Source: Tubiluchus corallicola (Eukaryota > Animalia > Priapulida). From it: a stretch of 64,000 nt of DNA. This document shows, piece by piece, positions 1 through 15,400 of this stretch (the stretch's first letter is position 1; each line of letters begins with the position of its first letter). The notes under the pieces were generated by a model. That model was not told the DNA's origin, did no database searches, and was given only the letters and a program-made list of their open reading frames with translations. The translations under genes and the position numbers were made by a program. The DNA lies in the NCBI GenBank assembly GCA_030141605.1, contig JAQGDQ010000190.1, positions 310,001 to 374,000 on the forward strand. Direction: 5' to 3'.

Positions 1-206
1 TGATAAATGTATCTTGATTGATTACATTGATATTGGTAAATCTTGGTCAGTCAAACGAACAAAAGCCTGATTATGCAAATTTTTCTTTTGTTTTTCAGAT
101 TTTGAATGCATTTTTGCTGCTACACATAGCAACTATACCTGCAGTTTGTCTGACATAATTTACAATTTCATTTTACAGGAAAGAATGATAAGCTAATGTT
201 GGAAAA

Positions 207-400
207 ATGGAAAAGGATGTTCAGATTGCCAAAGCTTTTTCAAATCTTCAACCTTTGTGTGTCGCTGTTGCTAAGGAACCAAGTGTTGATAATGTAGGAA
301 AATTGACTAATGTACTGAAATCTGTACCATTACAAGCATTGCAAGAACTGCAAGAGTATGTCTTGTTTCCATTGAGAGTTATCCTAAAAAAAGGAAATGG
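207..400 (+). CDS. TTI1: TTI1 coding exon 1
   Basis: Acceptor ttttacag ends 178, ATG 207, MEKDVQIAKAFSNLQPLCV...LQEYVLFPLRVIL; donor gtaggt at 401. Confidence 0.9.
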
Positions 401-3400
401 GTAGGTTTAAATTACTTTGTTTCAATGACATTTTATTGCTCAGAATAATTCAAAAATTGAAGTATCAGTGGACTACCTGAAAAATTCAGCAGTGATCTGC
501 CTGTCATTGGTAGCTTAGCCCAGAAATGCACCAGATAGCAATTACTAGTTTATGTGCATGCATGGCTCTGTGGTCTCTCTCAAAGGCCCATCGTCTCGGA
601 TTCCAGTTGATCATGCTGCTGTATTCTTAGCTGTCATTTCTTGATTTTCGTTATTACGTGTAGTTGCTTGCATGCAAACTGCGTTATTTATATTTACAGT
701 TCTGCAGTGCAAGTTAAATAAAACCGATTTTGTATGTAATTTGATTTTTATAGCTGCATAAAAAAATTAAATTTTTTTAAAAATTTAGAAAAATTTTAAA
801 AATTAAAAAGGAATAAAATATATACCAAAAAATTCTGCAAAATTTGTTGATTTGTAAATATCCATGTTTAGTTGTAATGTACATTCTACATACTATTGAT
901 TTGATGGGTGAATACTCATAGTGCCTGCTGGTGATGACTATTCTGGTGTCTCCGAACAGCTTACTTTTATCAACAAAACATTTATGCAAAATGACCAAAA
1001 GCTGACTAGTCACGAAAGGGTGTTGCTTGGCATTATCACAGAGATACACAATCAAAGGAATGTGTGGTTAAACATATGCTTAAATGTTTAATGTCATTAT
1101 CTTCTCTGTTACTTTAAAGTCGTACATTTATTATAGATATTTTGATGTGTTTTAGATCGAATGATTTGTATGAGGCCACTGTGGAATGCATTAAGAAGAT
1201 TGTATCCAGTGCTTCAGTATCGGAATTCAGTTTATTTGCTGATGTTTTTGTGCAGCTGTGCTTAATTCTAAGTCAGCCTGGCAACACTGAAAAACGTATG
1301 TGATGATCAAGTGTTGTAGAAAAGATCAAATTTGAAATTGAAAGCAATAATTTGTTTGCTGGAAACATTGTGCGTAAAGAAAGTTTTTTGTGCACAAAAT
1401 AAAAAAAGTGTAACACTTTCTGTTAAATTTGTACATGGCAAAAGTTCATTTAAAAAGTTTACTCAAAAAAATTGACTAAAAGTTCAATTTAGACTTTAAT
1501 TATGTAAAAATTTTCTACAAAAATGTAGTTATTTAAAATTAAATCTTATTGTTATATTGTGCACTTTTATAAAGTTAACGGTTTATGATTAGTTTCTAAT
1601 TGGATAATTTAATTCACAAATGTTTATGCTGTGTAATTTAAATGAAGAATAAAATGCACTAAAATTATAGACTGATGTAAAGTGTTTGTTTATTTTATAG
1701 TTGCTGCTTCAAGTGAAGAACTGAAGTTGTCTGTAATAACTTGTTTACGAATACTAGTTGCTAACTCAACAGATAGGTAATGTACATTATGCAAAACATT
1801 TTGGTTACATACTGTTGTTTGCATTACATTAAGGAATTCCATGACTAAACATTGGGATTAGTATAGTTGCTAAAATGTACATTTTTTACCATACTTCAAA
1901 ACAGAGCAGGATGTGAAGAATCATCTTGTTTTCTTTTAAGTGACAAAATGATGAAGATTTGAGTCAGAAATATAACAACTCATTTATTTTTAAGACTATT
2001 TCATTGTTTTGCAGTGTTTTAGGGAAAATGTATGAAACTGCATTTCTTCCTGCTCTGGGCCATGCTGTTTTTATTACTTTGCAAATATGTGGCAAGGAAG
2101 GCAACCGTAGTCTTCAGTATGAGGCCATTCAGTGTTTGGCTCATCTTGCATGCTGCCACAAGAAAGGTGAGTCTGGCATGTTCCTAGCCTTACCGTTTCT
2201 CTGATTTCATTACTCTAACGCAGACCTTTACAAGTAGTTACTGGTTTCCATTTAAGTACTTTTTGTTACTGAACTTCATTTAAATATGAGTTGACTGTTG
2301 ATATGTTTCTGTTCCATTAACTAACTGGCATTGATGATTGGTACACATTAATCTAAAAGGACTAAGCAGTTAGTAACTTCCATGTATTTCTTGTAAGTCT
2401 GTGTTTTAATAAAATTTTGTAGCTGCTTAATTAGGTGCATCATTTTTTTGACAGGTTGACATTACGTAAACTGCACTGATATGATGATGATTTCTTTGTT
2501 TGTCTTATAGGTTCTGTTGTCATAAGGAACATGGCAGCGAGTTGTTTTGCTTCCTTTCTACCTGGCATTTCCATGTGTCTGTCTACCATTGCTACTGGAG
2601 ACATGCGGCAAGGATATAAAGTGATTGTGGTAAGACTAGGCAGCTGTTGTAATGCCAGATTCTGAGACAGCGTAAATTCTTTGAGAACTTGAGTATATTG
2701 TCAGAGTCGAGGTTATTACTGCTGTTAACCAGTTGGTTTTTCTTGGGTTGATTAAATCACAACAACAATTAAAGAAGAATTTGATTGAAAGCACAAGTCC
2801 TTGTTTTTTAGGTCAATATTCAAACTAAAGAAACTATTAATACCAATCAATCTATTGCCATTAATTTTCTTTCTAATTCTTAGCTAAATTGGCTATAAAC
2901 TTTTTATTTTTTGCAAGACTGTGTTAGTGTTAAGTAGTGTGGAATACAAAACATTGGGTTACTTGCTTATTGAGTTTTTACAACCTAATTTTCTGAATTG
3001 TGTCATTTAGCACACCATTTAGCATTCAAATGGGATCCATTTCCTAAATGTGTTGTTTAGAACGCCATTTAGCATTGTCATAGAATCCATTTTATTGTAA
3101 GAATATAGAACACAATGTTACTTTATTGTGATATGACAATATAAAAACTGGCTAAACCTTGTTTCATGAACAACATTGAGAACGAGAACAAGACTGGCTT
3201 CACAGTGAAACAAATCTGTTTATAAAGCACATTACAAGCAAGTAATCAAAACCTATTTTTTGCTCTTTTTGTAGTTATGGAATGTAAGTTAGATATGCCT
3301 TAAGACAATTCAAAACGAAATAGAAAAAAAAAATGAACGCGCATAAATTTAAAAACATTCAAGGTCCCAGGAACCTTCTAGGTCTTACAAGTCACAATTG

Positions 3401-6400
3401 TTGTGCAAGTTGTCAAATTAGTTGTATCACTGCAAGTTGTGTGGCTAGCTGACTCTGCAAAACAAATTTCCTTTTACTGGCAAAAAAATGTGTCATGCAC
3501 AAATGTTAGTATTTAGTATTAATTTCATCTTTTTATATCTTGCAGACAGCAATTTCCGTTTGGGCAAAACTGATTTCACTTGTAATGAGCAATGAGACGC
3601 TTGCTGAAAAAACTGATCTTGAATCTGCACGTCATGGTCAAAGTGAAGGTTGTATGAATAAAGAAGGTAAGACTTAAAACATAAATAATATGGACTAAGC
3701 TTTTCTAAGTTCACAGTGATTAATGAATTCATGTGAAAAGTAATTTATTGAGAGCTAGACCAAAGTTATTTTTTTACGATAAAGCTGACTCGCATCAATA
3801 ATTCACTTTTGTTATAAAGAAGCTTTAAAAATATTTGAAAGAATTTGCACTATACCGGACATTAATGAATTGTCTGTGAAAAATGATACAAACAATTGTT
3901 GCAAAATGTTCATTTGTTTCAAACTTTAATGTCAAATTTCCGTAAAATAAGCACTAGTAGTTGAGCAAACGTTCGACGAGAAATAATGCACTAATCTTGG
4001 TCATTAATTAATTATCTATGATTTCTGCTTATCACTTATTTGCAGAGCACTTTAGATTACAGTAAATAGCTGGATGAGCTCCTCTTGAGAGGCACACAAT
4101 GTCTTACTGAATTAGACTTATTATACAGAACCCGATTAATACTGTTATATTCTGATTCAGCTTACGTTTATGTCATCCGAATTGTACCTATTTTGCATGT
4201 AGTAACAATTTGTAAATATGTTTAAAGAGGAAACGGTAAATGCTTAATTAATTTGAATAAAACTGGTACCAGTTGTAGAGCTGATGTCCTACAAAAAACA
4301 GTGAATTGTTCCAGGACCAGTAATAAAGAATTGCTGACTTCTACTTAAAAATATTAGCAATATATTTTAAAGTAATCTACCTCACTTAAAAAGTTTCAGG
4401 GTTAAAGCAACGTAGTTTTAGTTGATAATACCGACACTTGACAGAGGAGAAAAAGTTTTTGAATTTTTAATTTCTGACAAAAATTTCATTTGATCTATAA
4501 CTTGTAATTGATCATCAGTAAAATGTGCCAAACTTTGGTCACTTGTCCTTCCAAATGATGTAAACTAGGTTCTGTACAGGATCACTGTGGATCAGCTACA
4601 GCCTTGGATTTCTGTAGTGTGAATTTCTTTCTGGTTTCTTACTCATTCAAGCAGTGTTTCTGATTCCTAATTTAGGGAAAAGCTTGTTTGTGTGCAGAGA
4701 TGCTGCATGGCTCAAGTCCACAAGTGAGAAACTTCAGCTTTTGTTTGAAAAGATGACTGGCCTGGCTTCTCATAGTAACTGGAGAGTAAGATTAGCTCTT
4801 GCAGAGTGGTCAAAGCTATTGCTGTTGTCTTGCTCACAGTACGTACCAAATTAACTTGCTTTATTTTACCTCTGCCAAAGAGGTTATGTCTTCGTCGCCA
4901 TTGATTTGTTAGTTAATAACATTGTGCAAAGACTACTTCTAGTATTTCTCAGATCTTTGTGGATTAGTGGGGCATGGGATAAGAAAGAACATTTTCAATT
5001 ATGAATTTGTTTTGGAACATTCGGGAGTAATGGGGCAACCAGCAAAATGAGTGTTTGTTGTCCATTTTTCATAAAACTTGATGAAACGTTCATACGCGAT
5101 GATTTCTTCGAAGCTTGGAGGGAGTGTTTAGCTCTTTGGAAAGAGGAGGGCTTAGCTAACAGATGAGATTAGTTTTTGTTTTTTCTAAGTCTTCCAAAAG
5201 GATGAACACTACGAGTTGTTACCAGATTTTATTTTGGGAAATTCTTGTATGAAAAGCTATAATGATGCGTGCTCATTGTGACATCGTAAATTATATTCTG
5301 TCTACAATTCTTGCATATGCATGTAAGTGTACTATGTTACTTAATGTTTAAGACATCCGAACAATTATAAGGGATGTTTTAACCTATGCGGCTGTGTACT
5401 TTACTAAAGTATGCTTTGCAGAGATCTGCCCTGAACCGAGCTTAATAATGTGTTCTAACTGAAACAAAATGTTTTGCCTTCATTTTGTTATAAAAAAATA
5501 AGTGAATTTGTTCTTAAATAAATAAATAAATAGTATTTTAATTTTAAGATTACTATATTCAAGATGTGCACAATACATGGTTTCATGTGTATAAAATATT
5601 ACACACATCACAATACTCTTGTGTTAACAGGAAAAAAGGATAGAAAAAGTCTTTCGGGCGTAATTTGTATCAGGTAATAAAAGAATTAAAAGAACAATGA
5701 ATGTGGTACATTGTTATGATTAGATTACGACAATTAGTAAAGTATAATGATTAGATTACAAGGCATTCTAAGCAGCAAAATCGTATAACAACAGTGAGGA
5801 CTCATTAAATTTTTATCATCTTCCTTGCAGCTCATTGGAACAGTGTGTGCCATACTTTTTAAATATTCTTGTATCACTTTCTGGAGATGAATATGGAAAC
5901 ATTGTTAGTCTGAGTAAAGAAACTTTGAAGGAATTTGGTGATGAAAATGTTACTGACGAAGCTCGAACATTGACTGATATTTTAGAGGAAGAATTGTATG
6001 GCATTACGACTTCTCTTCCACGCATAATAAGAATTTCAGGTGAGTGCAGACTGTGATACTTAATTATCTATCTAGTTTTTTATTGGGTATTCTTTAAGAT
6101 AAAACAGTTTAATTAATTTTACAGAGCCATTGCTTGTTTCAGAGAAATCTGCAGACAATTATGACATAACCAGGTTTTTGAGGTACATTATCTAATCGCT
6201 AATTAAGTTAATCGCTTGTTGCGTAATAATCCATTGCTGCTTCTGGCTCTGCGTAATCAGTTAATAGCACTTGTTCTTTGCTATAATTTCCTGCTGTACT
6301 TTTTTTCTAAAGCTCTCATGCTTAAAATGTGATTTTTTTAATTTACAAATAAATTAGAATCTGTTATTTAAATTCGTTATCTCTCTGTCTGCTGTCTTAT

Positions 6401-9400
6401 ATCTAAAGTTTATTTTCTGTAAATGTTTTTTTTGTACTTTAGATGAGCCTGGAAAGTTGCTGGCTCTGCGTCGCCTTAATGGTTACATCAGGTTACTTGG
6501 TAAATGAATAATTATTAAAATAGTGCTGGTCACAAATAGTATTTGAATACGCATGTGCACCAGCCTCATACAAAACAGAAAACTGGTTATCATGATTTCT
6601 TCTCATGTATGATTCTGCCTCTCATGTATTTTAAATAACCTTCCTGCATCAGTTAGACTTTCAACATCTGTGAACATTTTCAAGAATTCTATGGTTGAAC
6701 ATTTTAGAGAGCACCTGCTGAAATATGATCATCGAGCTTTGCTGTCACTGCCTTCTCCACACATGTTTGATCATATAGTGTACTAATTCAATGTTCTGTA
6801 TTGTCATAAATATGTATTAATCAGGTGCTGAAAAGTTCTTTGGAACTACATGAATAATAAACTACTACTAAATATAGTGTATGCAATAAGATTAACTAAA
6901 ATCGTTTAGTGTTCCTTATACTCGTTATGCAAATGATAACTAATGAAATTGTAATTTCTGTGACATGAGTTGTAAACCAACAGAAATGCTAAAACAGCTC
7001 TTTTATTGTTGTTCTGTTTAGGTCCTCAAGTTTCCAAGATTTTGAATTCAGCACCTCATCTTCATCGACTATCGTTGGCATTGATGCAAATTCTAGAAAT
7101 GGATATTAGTCACATTAGCATTTTGGAACAGACTAATTTATCAGGTGCATATTTGGCTTGCTTATGTTAATGTCTAATAGGCGTATTAGTGAAGTTTTGG
7201 TCATAAGCTAATGCACTCTGTTGTTTAATTTCTTCAGCTAAAGTGGGAGTTGAATATCTAAATAGTCGCAAATCTCCAATCAGAGTTTTCTGAAAATAAA
7301 TCACTTATCAGTCAACCTGGTTACTGGTTAATTACTTGTTGCTTGTTTTGCAGAAAATCAAATAGTATCTTACCTTAGCTGTAACTGATAAAGGAATAAG
7401 AATAGAAAAAAAATTCATAATTTGTATGAGAGAACACAAAGTATTATGATCTCGAGTGTTTTTTATCTTTAGTTTTCTTTGAATTGTTTACCTCATTATT
7501 TTATTTTAATTTATTTTGAACTAGTCTGTTTATTGCACACAATAGATTGCCAGTGTTTATCATTAATCTTTGTTTAATAGAGCTACTTTGTGACCCAGTA
7601 ACAGTTTGTTTTACTGATTTTTTTAATGTATTTTCACATAGTTTTGCTTGAGCTGCTTTCTGTGACAAGGTTATCGTGAACAGTTTAAATTATTCACAAA
7701 TTTTTTATCCGCAAAACATCTTAGTCAGCTTCAGTTGTATTATATTGTGAGAAATTGTTATTAGAGATTGTTTTAACGTTCTTTTTGTAAGTTTATTGCA
7801 AATTTGATTGATAATAATTATACTATTTTAAATCAGTCACTTAATTGTGGTTGCTAATTCTTGGCTTTCATTTACGCTTTTTACTTACTTGTTTATTGCT
7901 TTTTTCTCAGACCAGAGCAGAAGTCTTCATGACAAATCTGTACAGACGCAAACACGTTTGTTGAAGAACTTTAAGCATTTTGCTGAAGATAGCATCCACA
8001 AGGAACTCATTAAAGTTTGCTGTTTGCTCGGCTTTTATGGTTATTATTGTTTGTGTATTCAGCAAGAATTATACTTAAACTTTACTGTCATTGTAAAATT
8101 TCTAAATGGCTTCCTGTTGTCTTTGACCATTAAATATATATGAACATGGCATATAAATCCATCGCTACACGTAATATTCTTCTGTGTTGTCAGCTGGCAT
8201 AGTTGAAGTACTAGTTATAGTAGTTCCGTACTATTGCATTGCAAAACTATATTGCATTTTAAAAAGATCAAAAACGGATGAGACATATTTTTGTATGGTT
8301 ATACTCAAAGTTAATATGGTAATTACATTAATAATTTAATTAGTAATTTATTGATAGTTAGCATTTCAGATATGCAGATCCTAAAATAGGCCTAGATAGA
8401 CATAAGACCCAAAGTTAAACCTTTACATGCAAATACTCATACACATATGCACAGATTAGTAAACAGATTAATAAAAATATTGTAGCTGACTAACATCAAG
8501 TCAGCTAAAATAGTTAATACTAGGCTTACATGCACACAAACATACAATAAGCTTTTTCACAGTTCTAGTGATTTATGATGATCGTGAAAAGGTCAAAGGT
8601 TAAGTGCACTAGACAACACATTGTGTACACTTGACAATGCCTCGCAGCCCATGCTATTGTAATAGTAACAGTTTTAACAGGTTGCTGGATCCTTAGCTAG
8701 TTTATTTTTCTTGTTTCCAAGCAAGATCCTGTTAGTAAATCACTTTACACACAGACTACTGTATAATTAAGAAAATTCCATGTAAAACAATTGAACTTAC
8801 TGAACAGCTGCGGTAGATGGCTTTGCTTTACCCATATATCATGTGACAGTTGTAGTTGAGATGCATTACTGCAGTTCACTTGCCTTTTGAGGTCTGCAGC
8901 AACTGTGCATGTGCACAACATTCTGTGAAAAGGCTTATTGTTGATGTGTGTGTATGTATCTAGCCCAATTTAATTATTCTATCTGACTTGATTAGGCTAC
9001 AATATTTTTATTAATCTCTGTACACAACATACAAATGGGGTAAACAATAAAAATCTTTTCTTTTAGGTGATAGCGATTTGCTCATAGACTATTTTATGGA
9101 CTTTTTTCGGGACAGTTTGGTGTATAGATTACAGGCAGTCTGGATTATTAATTACATCATATTGGGGACTCATGGATATAATTTGAATGCAGAAGATTTA
9201 AAGCCAATCTGCAACGACCATACTAGTTTATCCAGCGTGATTAGGTAATGATTTGCCTATAGTATAAGATGCTTAATTGACTAGGGAAAATTAATATTAA
9301 AATTAACTTTCACAAATTTATTTATTCTATGAAAGTGGATTGTTTAGTTATTTTCTTAATCTTTTTAGGCTTAATTTCATTTGAAAACATAGCATTGACA

Positions 9401-12400
9401 ATTTCTATAACAATTAAGTTTGGGGTATTTGGCAAAGTCTTGTCTGTATACTGCTTGAAATTTTAGAATCATTGCATAAATGGTCACTGTTTGACTTACA
9501 TAGCTATTTTGTCAATATTTTGTGCATGAATATTCATGTTGTCTAATTTGATGCATAAGTTTGAGTACAATTACATTAATTTAAACTTAGGGCTATCTAA
9601 TTAGGCTTGACTAGGCTCCACATTTACAGAAAAATATTTAAATTTAGTTCTGTAATTTTTGTATTTTTTCCAGTTCTCTTATAGATGAGTTGATCCAGGA
9701 CGATTACTGGTACTTGCCCACTGTTGTTTCACAATTTCCAAGAGAGAGTTTGAGCACTGTATCTATTTGTATGATAGATTCTTCAAATGAGTTGTATAAG
9801 AACACCTCCGGTAACTCTGAAAAAACTGTGTCAATTAAAGATGCTAATCGAAATGTTTTACTTATGTGTCTCCTTCTCGATATCATCAGTTCTTGTTCAA
9901 AGGTAGATATATTGGCTTTAAGATTTTTTACACCTTTGTATGATTACATTTACTTGAGTTTCGGCTAAGGCAGTTTAGCATTGGTAGGAAATAACATTTT
10001 TCAAAGCGAGACAGCATCGCCGATATTAGATTAACGATGCCATGGTATTTCAGTTTATTGCCTATTGTATTGCCTAAGCACAGTGTTATACACATAGGGG
10101 TTTTCATTAACAAAAAAAGAAAAAACAAATTTAGAAGCTAAAACAGGAATGTAAATGGTGATAGCTTTTAGGCGAGCTACTGCTTGGCCGAGTTTCTTGT
10201 TTATTCTTATCTTTTCTTGGCTTCATAATGTTTTGCTGAGAAACTAAAAAAAACGTTTAGTGCGGGATGAGAAAATGATCTTAGTGCATTGATTGGCTAT
10301 CTTGGATGGATGGTTCAGGTGAAAGGTAAATTTTTGAGAAGTTTTAGCGTTTATTTCTTCCTTGGGTTTATACATCCGGTCATTGATGGTAGACATAGAT
10401 TTCTAATTTCAGGGGATAGAACTAACGAGGCTCAATTCTATTTAATTTGGGGTGCCAACTTTCCCGACCCTCTCCAAATTACCCCTACTCTGTAATATTG
10501 GAAGCTTTCACAATTGACTTCAAATTTTTTTTTTTGGGCTTTTAGTTTTCCTCAGTTTTATTCATATTGTTGAGAAGCTAAAGTCGGCTGGATTGTTACT
10601 TTTTTCACATGGCAAAACAGTTTCATAATTTTCTGGCAAAACATTTTTGCCAAAACAGTTTGTGTTCATATGGTCACTGGACGAACCGTTTTGAACCAAG
10701 CAGTTAAAAAAACCATTGAACGAATTGTTGCTATGTCAAGACATGTTAAAAGATTTTAATGCAAAATGGCTTGAAAACACATTCACACTACTGTCCAGGC
10801 AGGTTTGAAAACAGTTTTGTGAAATCAGCCAATTTTAATATGTTTTACACCTGCCATGAAAATGGTGTGCAAAAATGCAGCATTAGGAAAGTTTTGACCA
10901 AAAACACGAATTGGTTTACAAAATTATTACAGTGACATGTTGTGTTGCTATTGTTTATAATATTTCTAATAAGAGCTTGTGAGGAGATGAGGTACTGCTT
11001 GCTTACAGATGTGTGCATCAGCTGGCTTCCCGCCCTTCCTGAGTTAATTTTGTGGTATATTCCACAGCGTAGTTTGCGCTCAGCAAATTCAGTGAACTTG
11101 GTCCAAGCTAGAACAAAACTAGTCACTTGTTGAGGACGGTCATTCTCTTCTGCCACTCCTTTATTGTGGAGTCAAACACATACGGCAGTCAGAGTCACTA
11201 TCTATTTTTAAAACGAGCCTCAAAGCCTATTATTCTGAAGAGCTTTTAACCTGTAATTACGTAATCAAATTAATTTAAATTGGATCTCCATTTTGTCTTA
11301 AATTGTATCTGTGGAATTGTATAGTATGTATTACTTAGCTATGCTTTTACTTTTACAGTATAATTTTTAAGCCCATTTATGATGTATTTTTACTCTCGCT
11401 TTTTATTTATTATTGATTGTAATGCCATAGAGCAGTTTATTGATCAGTGGGATAACTCATATGTCTGCAAGTTTGATAAACATATTAGTGTATTTGTGTA
11501 TGTGAAAACTGTGCCTTTATTCTTTGATGTATTTATTTTTAGTGCTTCTGTAGCACTAAAGACTTGATACACATCATTTTCATGGCAGGTGTAAATGGCT
11601 CCAATTCTGTAGAATGAGTTTATTTTTTTCTTGTTGTAGGTGCTTGGGAAGGAGTTTAGAATATTGCTGATTAATTGTTTATATGCAGTGTTAGTGAAAG
11701 TTGGTGACTCAACAGCAGTTGTGTCACAGTCTGCTTACCTGTGCCTGGGTGATATTGCTCACAACTGTAATTATAGGTATGTGCTGAAGTACATAGTTAG
11801 ATATTCATAGTTAGATATAGTTAGATAGTTCCAGTGTTAGATATTCCAGTTCTCGGTCCGTTTTTATGATTGTTGTATCATATGCAGGGCCGGATTACGA
11901 CCTTTGGGGCCACTAGGCTAACAAAGTTATTTGGCCTCAGACAGAGTAACCTTCTAACTTGCCCGCACAGAAAAGGGGCGGCCTTTTGTCTCAAATAAAG
12001 GTCTTCACACACGGGTCCCTCATCTCAAACATATCAAATAAAATACGTTCAGACAAAAAATAAAGGACCTTAAACAACGCTCTTCAAATAAGAATCCACA
12101 AACGGGCCACTTTTTTTAAAATTGGGTTTTCAGGCATCTGTGCCTCTTTTTTTAAAGTTGAAATTTCATTTTAAGTTGAATGAATTATTCAGCAAAATAT
12201 TAATGTATTATATTCATTTTTCAAGAAAAATTATACTTCAAAATCTTTTAGCAGGGCTCTTCCAGCTTGAGGGGCCCTAGGCCATAGCCTATGCTAGCCT
12301 TTTGGATAATCTGGCCTTGATTGTATGAGATAATTTCAAGTTAACTATTAATGTTTAACTACTATATAAATAAGTATCTAATGTATCATGTCAAAAAATT

Positions 12401-15400
12401 GCTATCCATGGTTGAAATTGAAATGTCATTCAGTTATATAGACAAATGTAATAAATTAAATTATTTGTTATTTCTAATGTTGGCATTAGTTTCTTAACAT
12501 CCAATGAAACAAAAGTCAGATGTGTTCACAGTCCTGACTAACTGCAGCATTTGTGATTAGTTTTTCAAAGTTTGTTTATTTTTCAGCAATATCTGTGATT
12601 TAATTTATGAAAATACAGATTATCTGGTCAACAGTATTTCGCTGAGGCTTCGTCATTTGTACCTGTATCCAATGGCTCCAATTGTGCTTCAGATCATGTT
12701 GCAGTATGGTGATGCTAAGGTGCTGCCTCTAGTGGATGACATAATTAAAGAAGTATGCATTCTAGTGATGATGTTATCAGAGTAAATACTTCTCTGTCTG
12801 TGCGTCTTGCTCATCTTCATGGTACATCTTACGGTAAAATAAAATGTCCGTCTGCAAAGTTGAAGACAACTCAGGTTACTTGCATAAAAGATCTAAAATT
12901 ACAAATAATCAGCAGTTATTAAAAATTAATAACTTTATCCTAGTTAAGGTTAATGAATTTTTTTCTTGTAAATTTTTTAAACATCTGATTAAGTGAATAG
13001 AATTTCCTAATGTTATACCAAAATGCTACATAATTTTTTTCACAACTATATTGTTTCAGGTGTTGCTGAATTTAGATACACACCATAGTGAGGATTCTGT
13101 GAAATTTATGAGAGTACTTCGAATGCTTGTCGAATGCGTAAAGAAATGGTATCCACCAAAATCTAAAGCGGTACATTACCTACTCTATAGTAAAACCAAA
13201 GAAATTTTATGTTATGACTAATCAATAATCATAGTGTTTACCCACTTGGTTTTGTAATATTACACGTAGGAGACCTTATAAAGATTGACCAAAATGAAAG
13301 CATGCTTCACTTCTACAGTTTCACTTCCATTTGAAAAAGTATTGAGATTAAATTGTAAAAACACTATAGCAGTATTAAATGAGAAACTGCATTGACATCA
13401 CAGTTACCAAATATTACATTCTTCACTTGAAAGTTCCAATTTGTAATAGAATTATTAAATAGTTGAAATGAAATTCTACTGCATAATTCTGAACAGAATT
13501 ATTTAGAATAATGCAGAAGTGGAACTACATAAATGCCATTCCAAATAAAGAAAAGGTTACCAAAATTATTTATGTTAAACCAATGCTGGGAGACTTCATG
13601 GCCTAGGAAGACTACAGGCCCTGCTGGTCAGAGGTAGTTTTGTGGCCTTGTAATTTTGTCCAGCAATTGTACATGTTATGATGAAGGAAAGCGATTGCCT
13701 GAGCACTGACCCAACCAATCGGCAGCGAGAATTACCAAAAATAACTAATGAGAAAAAAGTATTAAAGTCGGTTGAAGCTATACATGGAAGCGTACAGGCT
13801 GGTATGCAATACTTTACACTTGCCTGAGACTATTACCATATCTTACAGTTGAAAACGTAAGGGGTTGTGGTATGGGAACAACGGCATTCACATTAAATTC
13901 ATGCCTAGGCCACTCACCGTTCAAACTCAAAATTCACAATGCAGCATTTACGACGTGGAGCATTCAGGTGTCCTGTATTTATAAGTGCGGGTCAAATAAA
14001 AAATAATGAAGCTGGCTCGAATTTCAAGACTGCAACTTTTTTGAAGCCAATTAGCACAGTTTGAGAATTTTGGCAAATTCTGAAGCAAATTTTGAACTTT
14101 TTTTTCTAGCCTTTAATAATTTTACATAATTATTTTCTTACAGTGCACATTGTGAGCTAATATGTATAATATGCTAGTCTCTTATTTGTTTCAATGGTAT
14201 AACTGAATTCTAAATCGTGTTATTGAGCAAATGTAGTTCAATTTTATTGATTGCTTTAGGAACCGAAGAAGCCGACTGAAGTTCAAAAGCCTTTATTTGG
14301 CACTGACAACATTACACAGTCCGAAAAAGTGGCCATAACTGCTGATTCGGTTCGTGACTTTTTCTTGGACTATCATCGACAGAAGCAGATCGCAGAAGAC
14401 TTGCTGGCAGATGAAGTAGTGGACGACAACGAAGATTTGTCATCTGATCCTGCAACCTTACAGGAATATCCTGATGAAGACAAGCCCAAGGAGAAGCCAT
14501 TACATGTGAAAATTATTGTAGAGGTACTTTGAAATACTTTTTTATCCACTTTGGTGTATTGAAAAAGTGAGCAAATGTGATGGTCAAACTTGTTTATGTA
14601 AATAATTTCATATTGTGTACAGTGTGTGGTTTAAATTTACCAGTTTTATTGCGATCTGTTTAAATTTTAATTATTATGCTGATGCTTTTATTTAATTGTT
14701 GTCATTGGCACCATAGAATACTAATTGTAATTAATGGTACGATATAAAATTCGAGTAATACTGTAGGCTGTAATTAAGTGTAATTTATAGTTTTGAGCAA
14801 AGCCAGCATTTAACATTTAACATGGTAGCTTGTACGTTTGTGTAAACTCAGTAGTGAGTAATTAGGTAATGTTTTGAGATTAATTTTTACATAAAATCAG
14901 CTTTTAGCCTATCATTATTGTCTAATATGAGTGTTCATTTTATACAGCTTTATTGTAATATGTGTTAGCCAGGTATTTATATAGGGATACGGGTTTTTAA
15001 TTTAATTATAGTCGATAAAGAGCATTATGGCTTGTGTTTTATGTAAATATTCGACTGAAAGTAAATTTTTTCTTACTTATTATAAGCTACACTCAATGCT
15101 ATGTTAGTGGTAAGACTGGAGCCTAGCTTATTATCTAGGCAAAGCAAAGCAGGTTGAAATCTTCACAAGGAACCTATTGTCTAAAACTAGTTACTGATGG
15201 ACTAGAAATTTCTGTGCTGGTATGTAAGGCCTAATAATGGCGTATCCTTCCTGAAGTTGTTGCACTTGTTTGAAGGAATTTGTAATATTCTGAAGTCTAC
15301 TTTACAGTGGTATTTTACTATGAAGGCAATATTATATAACACTTCATTTTGAAATGTAGGCTAGTGGATTTTTTGATATTTTCCAGGTATTAGAAAGATG

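Noticed and set aside
12766-12830. Intronic C/D snoRNA (GTGATGA box C)
   Set aside because: No box D (CTGA) with a terminal stem at a suitable distance.
15242-15250. U12-type donor motif GTATCCTT inside TTI1 intron 17
   Set aside because: No exon ends there; the flanking exons join in phase using ordinary U2 sites.
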